Positions 12,601-29,385 of a stretch of DNA of 64,000 nucleotides are shown one piece after another; position 1 is the stretch's first letter; the number at the start of each line of letters is the position of its first letter. Both the position numbers and the translations under genes were made by a program. The stretch is taken from the NCBI RefSeq assembly GCF_009914755.1, contig NC_060937.1; one strand, given 5' to 3'. The notes beneath the pieces are model-generated. The model was not told where the DNA came from. It did no database searches and was given only the letters and a program-made list of their open reading frames with translations. This DNA is from the human T2T-CHM13v2.0 reference genome, Homo sapiens.

Positions 12601-14192
12601 TTTCTTTTTTTAATAATTTCAACTTTTACTTTAGATTCAGGGAATACATGTACAGGTTTGTTACATGTTTTGCATGATGCTGGGGTTTGGGATATGGATA
12701 ATCCTGTCACCCACATAGTGGGTATAGTACTCTATAGGTAGTTTTTCAGCTCATGCCCCCACCCCTCTCTCTCAAGAGTAATGAGAAGGGGTATCCTTGT
12801 CTTGTTCCAGTTCCCAAGAGGAATGGCTTCAGTTTTTGCCCATTTGGTGTGATGTTGACTGTGTTTGTCATAGATGGCTCTTAATATTTTGAGGTATATT
12901 CCTTTGATGCCTAGTTTCTTGAGGATTTTTATCAGGAAGCAATGTTAGATTTTATCAAAAGCATTTACTACATCTATTGAGATTAATCATATAGTTTTTG
13001 CTTTTCATTCTGTTTATATGGTGAATCACATTTAGTCATTTGCATATGTTGAATCAGAGTTACAACGCAGGAATAAAACCTACTTGATCATGGTGTGTTA
13101 ACTTTTTGATGCTCTACTAGATTCAGTTTGCTAGTATTTTGTTGATGATTTTCGCATCTGTGTTCATCAGGGATATTGACCTGAAATCTTCTTTTTTGTG
13201 TGTGTCTCTGCCAGATTTTGCTATTATGTGGACCCTGGCTTTGTACAATGAGCTAAGGAGGAGCCCGTCCTCCTTAATTTTTTGGAATAGTTTCAGTAGG
13301 ATTGGTACCAGTTCTTCTTTGTACATCTGGTAGAATCTGGCTGTCAATGCAACTGGTCCAGGGCTTTTTTTTTTTTTTTTTTTTTTTTTTCTTTAGGTGA
13401 TAGGTTTTTATTACGAATTAGTTTTTACAAGTGTTATCTATTTTCTGTAGATTTTCTAGTTTGTATGCATACAAGTGTTTGTAATAGTCTCTGAGGACCT
13501 TTTGTATTTCTATAGGATTGATTGTAAAGTCATCTTTGTCATTTCTGATTGTATTTATTTGGATATTCTTTTTTTCTTTGTTAGTCTAGCAAGTTGTCCA
13601 TCAGCCTTGTTTATTCTTTTGAAGAGCAAATTCTTGGTTTCACTGATAAGTTGTATAAATTTTTGCATCTCAATTTCTTTTAATTTGTCTCTGATTTTAG
13701 CTATTTCTTTTTTTCTTCTGCTAGCTTTCGGTTTGGTTTGTTCTTTTTTTCCCATGTTCCTCTAGATGAAATGTTATTTGAAATCTTTCTAAGTTCTTCA
13801 TGAAGGTATTTGTACTACAAACATTCCCTCTAACACTACTTTAGGTGTATCCAAAATATTTTGGTAAGTTGTGTCTCTATTTTCATTAATTTCAAAAAAT
13901 TTTGGATTTTGCTTGAATTTCCTTCTTGATCCAAGAGTTATTCAGGAGCAGATTGTTTAATTTTAATATATTTGTGTAGTTTTGAGAGATCTTGATATTT
14001 GCTTCTATTTTTATTGTATTGTGATCCAAGAGTTTGCTTAGTTTTTTTATTTTGTTTTTTTTCTAATGTATTGAGACTTGCTTTATGACATAGCATGAGG
14101 TCAAGCTTAGAATATGTTCCTTGTGCAGATGAGAATAATGTATATTCTGTGGTGGCTGGGTGAAGTATTCTGTAGATATCCACTAGGTCCAA
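12601..14192 (-). mobile_element. Rearranged L1PA15/16 or L1PB-like element (3' end joined to ORF2 EN/RT pieces)
   Basis: L1 3'UTR at 12601-12775. ORF2 peptides [20 protein letters not shown] and DLVDIYRILHPATTEYTLFSS. Confidence 0.9.
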
Positions 14193-15069
14193 TTTTACAA
14201 TCCATCAAAATGTTAATCTCCATAAAAATAAGAAATCCTGCTTTGTTATAAAAAGACAAGTCAAAAATAAGGAGAAAAAATATTTGCAGACCATGTATCT
14301 TATAAAGATTTTTTTATCCAGTCTTCACAAATGGTTCTTAAAGCTCAACCAGATGAAGCTCTTTTTAAAGATTTGAGCAGACTTTCTACTCATTACAAAT
14401 CAGTGTTTATTACTAGTCATCAAGAAAATGCAATTGAAAACAAATATAAGATGCTACTATATAAAAAATTAGATTGGCTAAAATTAAAAAGACTAATGAT
14501 AGTATTATTGATGAGGATATGGGGCAATTTGAACCTTCATTCATTCATAATGGGAACAAAAAATGGTATAGCCACTATGGGAAATAGTTGGTAGTTTCCT
14601 AAAGTATTTAAATATTTATCTACCAAATAAATCCGTCAGTTAGCTCCTAAGCATTTACCCAAGAGAAGAAAAAGCATATGTTCATAAAAAGACTTGTATA
14701 AACAGTAGCTTTATTTGTAATAGCTCCAAACTGAGAAGAACCTAAAGATCCATCAAGAGGTAAAAGGACAAACAAATTATATCGACTTGGAAATAAAATG
14801 AATTAAATTATTGCTATAGATAACCTGGATAAATCTTAACATAATTATTATGATTTTTAAGAAACCAGACAAAAAAGAATACATATTATGTGATACTAAA
14901 TATAGAAAATGGAAACTAATCTATCATTCCAGAAAGCAGATGAGTGGTTACCTGAGCCCAAAGAAGAGAGGACAAGGGGAAGGAAGGGAAGAGAAGGATT
15001 AAAGAAAGACACGAATAAGCTTTTGGGAGGTAATGGATATTATTTTGATTATCGTTCAGGTTTCATAGG

Positions 15070-15434
15070 TGTATTAGTCTGTTTTCATGATGCTAATAAA
15101 GACATACCCGAGACTGGGTAATTTATAGAAGAAAGAGGTTTAATGGACTCACAGTTTCACGGGGCTGGGGAGGCCTCACAATCATGGTGGAAGGTGAAAG
15201 GCACGTCTTACATGATGGCAGACAAGAGAGAATGCGAGTCAAGTGAATGGGGTTTCCCCTTACAAAACTGTCAGATCACATGAGACTTATTCACTACCAT
15301 GAGAGAGAACAGTATGGGGGAAACCATCCACATGATTCAATGCTCTCGCATCAGGTTCCTCCCATAACATGTGAGAATTATGGGAGCTACAATTCAAGAT
15401 GAGATTTTGGTGGGGACACAGCCAAACCATATGA
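15070..15434 (-). mobile_element. THE1B/C solo LTR
   Basis: tgtattagtctgttttc...gacatacccgagactggg...gccaaaccatatga, with a perfect 5-bp TSD ATAGG. Confidence 0.92.
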
Positions 15435-16169
15435 ATAGGTATATACATATGTCAAAGCTTATCAAGATAGACACCTATATGCAGTTGATGATATGTCAAT
15501 TATCCTTCAATAAACCCATACTAATTGTAATAATGTATTAATAAGGAATATTGTGTTTTAATAATATTAATAGAGCAGGCCATAAATCCTAACAAGTTAA
15601 TGAATTACACACACTTTTTCAAGACAAGGTTTAAATTATATGTAATTTTAGGGGGAGATATCAGAGTATAAAAAATCACCTAAAAAGCAGCAATCTTGTC
15701 ATATAGTTGAACCAACAATCAATTGCTTGATAAATCTATAACCTCAGGTATTATGAAAATGTTTTCTTTTTCTTAAGGTCTAGTAATATTCTGAAACTCT
15801 AGTATGGTATCAAAATAATATTTTTGAAACCCAATCATAGAAGATAAAACCCCAAAGACATCCTCCCCCACCTACTTATAATACAGAAAGGCAGGAAGGA
15901 AAAGAGTCAAGATGATAATGGTTGAAGTGTATCCTCAAAGTGTATTCTCATCAGTTCAAGATCACCTGGTCCCCAGTTTTTCCCATGCTGGTGGAGAGCA
16001 GATAGGAAAGAAGTGACTATAAGGAGGTGGACACAGCAAAGCTGGTCTTCATTTTCTCACCAGCTGCTCTACGTAATTATTACCAAAGAGAGGAAGGTGA
16101 ATGGGGTTATGTTGAGGAATATGTGTCATATTGGGCCAAATTTAACATCTCACATATTATGGTACTCAC

Positions 16170-16253
16170 CTGCAAGTCTCTTGCTAACTTCAGGAAAGCT
16201 GCTTTAATTTTTCCTTGAAATGAAGTACCATTCAAATCAACTATGTTGGTTAT
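16170..16253 (-). other. Candidate exon (84 nt); only one frame open: ITNIVDLNGTSFQGKIKAAFLKLARDLQ
   Basis: Acceptor ttgttttag and consensus donor CAG|gtgagt. Symmetric phase 0-0. Peptide not recognised. Confidence 0.3.
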
Positions 16254-16805
16254 CTAAAACAATTACGCATCTTTTTAAGAATAGTTTCACTGGAAAATGG
16301 TAAAAAGGAGAATGCAAAGAGTGCATACAACCATTTTGACCACAAAAGAACAACTAGAATTTCATTACTTGTAGACTGCACAAATTGAGAGGAGTGAAAG
16401 GAATTATGTGGACTCATGTAATGACAAGATGGAAATAAACTCAGGTGGAAACAAAGAGACCAAGAGCAGAAGGAAATTTCAAGAGACTTCCAACAAGTCC
16501 CATAAGAAGTTAGGATATTAGTAGGGAAATAAGGAGACCGAAAGAATACAATGTTGTCTTTAGAGAACGGGATATTGAAGTTTAGGATTTCAAAGACGAA
16601 GAGGTTTTTAGGGCAAAGTTGTCTGGAGAGTGGTTATGGGAATATGGTGCTAAAAAAAGATAATAATGATAATGTTTATATTGCACTGTTCAGAGCATGA
16701 CTCCAATGTATTCACATACATCAACCCATCTAACCCTTCCAACAACCTTAGAAAGTAAGTACTATTATTTTCTCTATCTTATCGATTAGCAGTAGATTTG
16801 CATAC

Positions 16806-16855
16806 TTGACTGTTTTTTCTGAAGTTTTGAAAATCAGTTTCCATTTGATGATACT
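16806..16855 (-). other. Candidate exon (50 nt), frame-compatible with 16170-16253
   Basis: Strong acceptor ctctcctcgtgtcctcacacag, weaker donor CAA|gtatgc. Reads YHQMETDFQNFRKNSQ. Confidence 0.22.
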
Positions 16856-19800
16856 CTGTGTGAGGACACGAGGAGAGTTTGGAAAGATGGAAATCTCAAC
16901 TTTGTCCAAATCAACTTGTTCTCCAGTCTAGTTAAACTTCCTCAGTCCAGAAAAATCTTACCACACTCAGTTCTATCCCATTTTTTGGGAAGAAGCCATG
17001 AAGAAGAAATTTAAAAATGAAAAGTTGGATACATCTTTATCCTACTTCAATCATCTTTTCACTTTGACATTAGTGGCCATAGATTTTATGCCCTTCTTGA
17101 AAGTTGTTGTTTGCTGTAATATGCTTGCCCTTCTGTTATGGCTATATTGTGCTGGGTATCATGGAAAACTTGAGGCTCTGTCCTTGAAACAATTAAATAT
17201 TCTGTTGGTAGCAGATAGGGCAGGATGAGTGCATGAAATATCCAGGGAAAATTCACAAACAATGCATAGCCTTGTTGCTGCAGTTCCCTGACCAGCTTTT
17301 CCAACTACAAACTCTATTTTCTTACATAGAATAGCAATTTTGTCAATACACTCATTTTAGAATGCTAGAAAATCTAATCTTTCAGAATCTCTTGCTAAGC
17401 TTTCAATTTTTGCCCTTAAATGGTAATCTAACATTGCAGCTATACCAATAACAATACTTTGCATCATTTTAGAATAATCTCTTTCTGGTTCCAATTTACC
17501 TTCCCAGTCTGGCCTTCATTCTTCTGCTGTAGAAACCAAAAATGGTATAGTTTTTTGTACCTGAAATTTCCAGCCTTTATATCTTAAACACTCTGAGCTG
17601 CATCTCATTCAAATCTTACCCATCCTTTACTGCTCAAATACCACAACCTCCTTAACTCTTTGCTGCTTATACCATCTGGAAGTGACCACTTCTCCGAATT
17701 TGGTCATTTATTTGTTCAAACAACATTTATTAAGTTATGTCACATAGATTATATTAGAGATAAGCACAAATTACTATGGGAAATCTGAAAAATGTTTCTC
17801 TTAGAACTTGATGTGGGATAAAGCAGAGAGTGGATGAAGATAAGACTAGAAATGTAGAAATAAACAATATCATAAAGGGTCTTACGCTCTCTGCTAAGGA
17901 ATTTAGATTTTTATCTTGTGTACTGTTGCTGTAAACATTTGTATTTTCAAAGGGACTATGCTGTCTCATATTAAAATTACTGGAGTTTATACCTTATTTT
18001 CCTCCTGAATTATAAGGTCCTTAAGGACAGAGACTGGGTCTTTATTCATCATTCCATGTCCTACTTGACTTTCAAAGTCCACCTAGGTCATGCATTTTGT
18101 CAAATGGAGCACTACATCATATATTGAAATCCATAGAGACAATAGAGATCTATCTCCCTTGAGAATCTAACTGAAGCTTTGGAGAGCTAATGGGAACAAT
18201 GGTTAAGTAAACACTTGAAACTAATACATCCAAATGAATTCACATAGATTCTATGTAAATTTTGCTTAATGTCAAGTCAAGGAAGTCCAGCGAACATGAT
18301 TGGTACAAGTTGCCTTAGCAATGTGAACTCACCCATGTCACTCATGCATAGGGTTTTCAACAATAATTAGTGTATTAAAATGAGCCCTTAATAAGATAGA
18401 GTGTGTTCAACCTAATGTTGCCATGAGAACTTGCCTTTCAAATTTTCATAAATGTAATTTTATCACAGAATCATTTACTGAAAGTTAAATTATTATTTTT
18501 CATAATACCTCTTGCATATGGGGAGGGTATTTTTGAATTGTCATATAAACAGAACATCACTTACTCTCACAGTAGCATTATCTAGAACAGAAATTAGAAG
18601 ATTGATGTTTTCTTTGTGTTTCGAAAATAAAGGGTAAAGAAGTGACTATTAGAGTGGGAAAACCACTGTCCCCATCTGTGCCTGGGACATGCAGTCTAAG
18701 CCTGAAGAGTGCATATTAATAATATGAGTCCTGATGGAAAGAGCACTGCAGAAGAAAAAAGTAATGTACAAAGCCCTGTGCTCTTGTCTGCATGGCGGAG
18801 AACACGTAGTAGGCTGGGTCAAACATTCACCAAGCACTTCGACTATGAGTCTACTAGATAGGCTCATAACTATAGAGAAGTCTTAACTAGAAACTGATGC
18901 TTGGGAAGGCATGAAAGATGAATTCTGGCCATGACTTCAGGATCCAACCTGCAATTGAACATTGTAGTCTGTGATTTCCTTGAGATACAGGAGTTTGGCT
19001 TCATACTACTTCCTCTGGGTGTATCTGCATCATTCAAAATGAATTATTCTTTAAAAAGGCATAAAGAAATGCCACTAGGATAATAATTTCACATTTTTTG
19101 AAATAACTGATTACTGTGTTCAATATAGGGAAGTTCAAGTTAAAATAAATGTTGCACCTGAAGCCAATTAGAAGCAAGACATGATGATTTTCTTACTATT
19201 TAAATGTAATTTTGAAAACCACAAAGGGGATATTTAGATGGCAATAAATGCATCGTAAAGTCTTTTTCCCTGACTACAAAGCAATCTGTTGTGTTAGAAG
19301 CAGGACTAGCAAAACAATTGAGATGCTGACAAGAGTAGCAGGCAAAGTAAGGGCTTGTTTAGATCAGAATATCTAAATCAATATTGTGCTTTAATCTAAT
19401 TAACACATACTTTGATATTGCCAGGTAGGATTTATTAGTACAAAGCATAATAATTCCATCAGTCAAACTTGTAAGTAATGTTAAATTAAGGGCAGGTGAG
19501 CCTTGATAGTTACATGTACATTTCTGTGGATTTGCCAAGTGCTCAGAAATTCAACAGTATGATCATATTGAATATTAAAAGAAAAATAATGCCAGTTTGA
19601 TAAGATACTAAAATAATGCTGTCCTCAAAAACTGACTGGCAAAAGTGGTCTTTATTTTCTAGTATCACTGTGAATTAGGATGAGCTCATTCTTAGCCTAC
19701 AGATGGGAGTAACCTAGCCAAACCTTGGAAATGGACCACACTTGTCTACCAAGAGATTGTTAGAGGACCCCAAACCTGGCCAGAGAAGATGAACGAGGGC

Positions 19801-20847
19801 AGGTTCAGAGCCATAACTAAGCAGGGTCAGTGTGAGGGTCTCAGACAATGAAAGAGAGCCCATGGAAAGCTCTTGTTCCAATGGGAGTTTACAGGATGCC
19901 AACCAAGTAAGCACAGCCTGTCCTAGTTTGGGTGCTATTTTAAAAAGCTTTGCTTACCTAGCTAGGGCACCAAGATAAGGACTGAATGTATAGATTGGGC
20001 CCATCTGGTAAATACGACTCCTTTAATTCTACCTAAAGGGAGTTCTTTTCATGTTAAATTTCATAAAGACACATATGAAAATACTTTAAAGGAACCCAAT
20101 CCATATTATGTAATATATTTATTTTTATTTGTTTATATTTACATACAGTATTTCCCTAAAACCTTGAGCTTTTTCCAGATAATTTAACATAATATCCAGT
20201 TAACTACAGTGCAATTAGGTATCCCCAAGTCAGGAAGAAAGGGCAATAGCTAGCTTCTTGAAGGTTCAAGAAAGACTGGGACCTTTCATATTTACATTTC
20301 CTATTCTCAGCTTCAGGAGCTCCATGCTGATGAAAGAGAGATGGGTAATTCTATTTCCAGGACCACTGTTGTTTCTGTTACTAATGATAGTTACACAAAT
20401 CATCACAATCCTGAAAACAGGGAGAGACTCAACTGCATAACTTCTGTGAGAATGGTTCCTCCTCTAAAAGTAGTGGGATTCATTTTAGAAGTATGACACT
20501 TATAAATTGGGGCTTATTATTCTGTTCCAATGAAGCTCAAATGTACTTGACCCTTCCTTCTATGAAAGCCCTTTCCTCTAAAGACACCAGAGCCGCCTGA
20601 TGGGAGATTCTAATGATCTTTCCTACCTGGGTAAGTTTTCGATGTTGAGCAGTTTAATGCCCACTCTGTCTTTCCTGTCCCTCCATTCCCTAAAGGGAGT
20701 ACCCTTGCTTGCTGGGCTTGGAACCACTAGTGAGATATTGGTCAATATAATTAATTAGGAAGCATAGAACTTAACTGCATTCTAACTAATCAGTGGGAAT
20801 GCTCGCTATATATGTATATATATGTATATATGTATATATATACACAC

Positions 20848-20977
20848 ACATATTCAGACCCAGAGCGAGATACATACATACACACACACACACACGTATA
20901 TGTGTGTGTGTGTGTGTGTATGTATATATCTGTGTGTGTGTATATATGTATGTATCTCGCTCTGGGTCTGAATATGT
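20848..20977. repeat. Perfect 33-bp inverted repeat enclosing a (CA)n/(TG)n spacer
   Basis: 20848-20880 acatattcagacccagagcgagatacatacata is the exact reverse complement of 20945-20977. Confidence 0.97.
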
Positions 20978-21544
20978 ATATTAACATGACGTAGATATAT
21001 GCTCATAATCAAATCAAATCAAATATTTTATGTCACTAAATATGCATCAAAATGTACTCAAGCTATAAATAATGCCATTTACTTTATTAAAATGATTATT
21101 AGATAACAATACCTTATGAATAATAAGATTTTTATCAAGCAATATACTGTGAACTCTTGCTAGAGGCACAAGCATTGAATCCCGATTGACATCTACAAAT
21201 ATGATATGGCTAAATTAGAGGCTCTTGAGAAATGGGGTGCAGGGTTTCATGCATAGCCTTGTTCTTATATCCTCTCCTTTGTCCCATTCAACTCTTTCTT
21301 TACAGTTTTTGCTCAGCTTGTTTTGTTTTTCAATATTTTGTTTGCTCAGGGTTGTCCCTGGGTGGAAATGTGAATTTAGCCTTTTTCTTTGGCCCCCTTT
21401 TCCCTCCATTCTTACCTTAATCAACTCATCTGGATGACCTTAGTTCTCAGGCTGCCTTCACTGTAAGATCACCCAAGCTTTGTATATTGGAGCTCTGGCT
21501 AATGTCCAAGGCAACTGCTAAGCTATTAAAAGTCACCCATTCTA

Positions 21545-21680
21545 GGCCAGGTGTGGTGGCTCAAGTCTACAATCTCAACACTTTGGGACGTTGAAGCTGG
21601 AGGATTGCTTGAGCCTGTGAGTTTGAGACCAGCTTGGATAACACAGTGAGACCCTGTCTCTATTTAAAAAAAAAAAAAAG
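21545..21680 (+). mobile_element. FLAM / Alu monomer
   Basis: ggccaggtgtggtggctca...gagaccagcttgg...gagaccctgtctc followed by poly-A. Confidence 0.85.
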
Positions 21681-21727
21681 AAGGCACGCATTCTAAATCC
21701 TATTCCCGCAGGGATCTAAATTCCTCG

Positions 21728-23138
21728 TGAGAGGTGACAGCATGCTGGCAGCCCTCGCAGCCCTCGCTCGCTCTGGGCGACCACTCTGGCCGCGCTTGAG
21801 GAGCCCTTCAGCCCGCCGCTGCACTGTGGGAGCCCAGGCTGAGGCCAGAGCCAGCTCCCTCTGCTTGCGGGGAGGTGTAGAGAGAGAGGCGCCCGCGGGA
21901 ACCGGGGCTGCATGCGGTGCTCGCGGGCCAGCGTGAGTTCCGGGTGGGCGTGAGCTTGGCGGTCGCACTCAGAGCAGCCAGCCGGTGCCGCGGACGGGGC
22001 AGTGAGGGGCTTAGCACCCGGGCCAGCAGCTGTGGAGGGTGCGCCGGGTCCCCCAGCAGTGCCGGCACTGCACTCGAACTCTCCCCGGGCCTCAGCTGCC
22101 TCCCCGCGGCGCAGGGTTCGGGACCTGCAGCCCACCATGCCCAAGCCTCCCCACCGCCGTGAGCTCCTGCATAGCAGGAGCCTCCCAGAAGAACACCGCC
22201 CCCTGCTCCGCGGCACCCGGTCCTGTGGACTGCCCGAGGGCTGAGGAGTGCGGGCACACGGCACTGCGACTGGCAGGCAGCTCCCCTCTGCGGCCCTGGT
22301 GCAGTATCCACTAGGTGAAGCCACCTGGGCTCCTGAATCTAGTGGGGACTTGGAGAACCTTTTTGTCTAGCTAAGGGATTGTAAATACACCAATCAGCAC
22401 TCTGTGTCTAGCTCAAGGTTTGTAAATGCACCAATCAGTGCTCTGTGTCTAATCTAGTGGGGACTTGGAGAACCTTTATGTCTAGCTAAAGGATTGTAAA
22501 TACACTAATCAGCACTCTGGTGTCTAGCTCAAGGTTTGTAAACACATCAGTCAGCACCCTGTGTCTAGCTGATCTAGTGGGGACTTAGAGAACTTTTGTG
22601 TCCAGCTCAGGGATTATAAATGCACCAATCAGCTCTGTAAAACAGACCAATCAGCTCTCTGTAAAATGGACCAATCAGTGGGATGTGGTTGGGGCCAGGT
22701 AAGGGAATAAAAGCAGGCTGCCCAAGCCAGCAGTGTCTACCCACTGGGGTCCCCTTCTGCACTGTGGAAACTTTGTTCTTTCAGTCTTTGCAATAAATCT
22801 TGCTGCTGTTCACACTTTGGGTCCGCACTGCCTTTATGAGCTGTAACACTCACTGTGAAGGTCTGTAGCTTCACTCCTGAGGCCAGCAAGACCACAAACC
22901 CACCGGGAGGAATGAGCACTTCTGGACTGGAGGAACGAACAACTCCAGACGCGCTGCCTTAAGAGCTGTAACACTTACCACAAAGGTCTACAGCTTCACT
23001 CCTGAAGCCAGCGAGACCACAAACCCATCAGAAGGAACAAACTCTGGACACACCATATTTAAGAACTGTACCACTCAACGCAAGGCTCCACGGCTTCATT
23101 TGTGAAGTCAGACCAAGAACCCACGAATTTCGGGCACG
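21728..23138 (+). mobile_element. LTR12 (LTR12C/D-like, ERV9) solo LTR
   Basis: Starts tgagaggtgacagc and ends ccaagaacccacgaatttcgggcacg. GC/CpG-rich U3, tandem CCAAT units, U5 repeats (agctgtaacact...agcttcactcctga). 4-bp TSD CTCG/CTAG. Confidence 0.95.
22339..22715 (+). promoter_or_regulatory. LTR12 enhancer/promoter: CCAAT (NF-Y) array and TATA-like AATAAAA
   Basis: CCAAT at 22390, 22431, 22625, 22647 and 22671; AATAAAA at 22706. Activity at this copy is untested. Confidence 0.7.
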
Positions 23139-25380
23139 CTAGCAATCTGTGCTTCTGTGGCTTTGAGGACTTCTTTAACAGAAGCTTTCAGAAGAGCATG
23201 TTCTCAGTAAAAGAACTGAACTAAACAGTGAGAAGTACATGTAGGCAGAAATTTTTGTGTGTCATAAATACACATAACTAGCTGCATTTTGAAATAAGTA
23301 GCTCCCAGATGACTTCTGTCTCATCCATACAAAAATTGCTGCTTCTGTTTAAAGAATGTTTTAAAAATTGGTGTTTATTATTTTTTTAAAACCTCAAATT
23401 TATTTTTATAATCTGTTTGATTCTGTATTCCACAAAGCCCCATCTAGACCTCAGTTCCTTCCATGTGCTGAATGAAGAGAAGAAAAACGAAGCTGCTTAA
23501 AGGAATTATTTAGTCAATGAAAACTAATTCCACAGAACTTTGCACCTTGTGACCCTCCAAGCTGTTGTGCAGAGCACATAAACACAATTCCTATTGAATT
23601 ACCATGTGTTCATGAATTTTTAGGTAACTTTTAGCCAGGCAAAAGAAAACCAGTGATGTGGGGTGACATCACAACCTCCATAAGCTCCAAACCAAACAAT
23701 TTTAAGCTCTCCTTGGGTACGCTTACCGTGACTCCACACTCCTGCCAATATGTTGTCATCTGATGATCTAATTAGTGGTTATAGTTTTTAGAAGAAACAT
23801 CCAGTATCTATCAGAGCTACTTTAAATGAATTATTATGGTATATTCATATTTTATCCTAAGCAACATATTAATGGAAATTTGTAAAATAACTATAAAATG
23901 TAGAATGGCGTTTTCATGGAACAATTATTATAGTATTAAAACAACGATTTTCCTTGCACTGAAGGATTGACTCTAGTAATATTTTAAAGCTGTCACCGTT
24001 TGTTGATGGCAGAATGTTTTAATCACAGCTCCAGAAATTTTATTACCTTTATTTTAGAAACTAGAATATGTATCTTTTGTCTGTGGATTGTATCAGTTGC
24101 TTATGTTTTAAGAACATAATTGCTAACTTAAAAAACTAATGAAAATGTGGAAACATTAGGAATGTTGCAGAAACTGTCAACAGAATGCTTCTTCAAGTTA
24201 TTGGTGCACATACAGCAATAATCACATAAATAAAAAGAATCAAGCTGCTTTTTGCGAGTTAAATTCCTAACATCTCTGGGATATGATTAGCCATCCCTAG
24301 GAATAGATGAAAGTGTGTCTATAAATACGTGACTGAAAAGATTGGGAACCCAAAATTTCAATCAAGATGGTTAGGAATAGCAATCTTTGGGAGGCAAAAC
24401 TTCATTGTGTCTTCAATTTATTAAGTAGAAAACTAGTCAATATCACTACAGAATTTGAAGAAAGACTTTCTGATCAGAAATAGGGTGGTCAATATAGCTG
24501 ATAAAACAGGAACCTTGCTAATGCTAAAGATATAACGAGTATCAACTGGTAGTAGTTGAAGCTCTTTCATGAAGTGAATCATTCAGGCTACATTAACTTA
24601 AATCACTTAAATGTTCAAATACCATAACTAACTCTTCTTCTTCTCATTCTACCTATTTCATTTTCCATATATCTTATAAATGTTCTAAATGCCAAGACAA
24701 GAATTTTTTCTTTCATTTATTCATCCTCTTATACATTCATGCAACAAATATTTATTGCCAAACTCTTCCATATTCTTTTCTGGATTGCGAGAAGAACCTC
24801 TACTTTCATTTGTCAGAATTTCTTTTTCCATGATTTTGGCTTAGAGTCTACCAATGAGACAGATGCTCATGTGATTTGGAAAATGGTAGAGAGGGAGAAG
24901 TCATTATTCTCCAGTGGCAGCAGTTTCCAGGAGCCTCACAGGTGCAGGGCAGAAGTAAAGTTCACAGGTGAGCTGGTAAGAGTAAGCCACTTTGGTGTTG
25001 CAGGCAGCTGATGCTGGTGTCAGTGACTTTACTAACCCCCGCCTCCTCTGGCTCTTATAATTGTGTATGCACTCTTAATTTCTGTATTAAAATACTTCCT
25101 CTTTAGAATTTTTAGGGCAGCTTCTATGTTCTCTACCAAATCCTAACTGATATGAGTATGGTTTAAACTTTTTTGGCTTTAAATGTATTATTTATTTTTC
25201 AGGGAAAATTATATTGGTCTAGATGAATATTGCATATAATCAGGGTGGATTTTTCTCCCTATAATACTCTCAGTTTTAACAGTTGCCATAAAAACAAAGC
25301 TATATGTTGAAGAAAAGCAGATAAAAGTCTTTTTAATTTAATTTTGTTTCTTTTGTCTGTGGCTTTTACAAATCCCAGTT

Positions 25381-29385
<4,005 letters not shown>

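Larger units (their letters stand above)
11455..15515 (+). mobile_element. Old L1M (L1MC/MD/ME-like) ORF2/3' region, broken by three nested insertions
   Basis: ctccaaattgatctacagattcaat, ttcaagagttataataaagttacagt, ggtatagccactatgggaaatagttggtagtt, and an L1M 3' end (tatatgcagttgatgatatgtcaattatccttcaataaa). Confidence 0.75.

Noticed and set aside
21693-22324. Overlapping 70-200 aa ORFs on both strands
   Set aside because: They arise from stop-poor GC-rich LTR12 sequence and are not genes.
22339-22680. Regularly spaced repeats resembling a CRISPR array
   Set aside because: These are the LTR12 U3 tandem enhancer units. The spacers are not unique, there are no cas genes and the DNA is eukaryotic.
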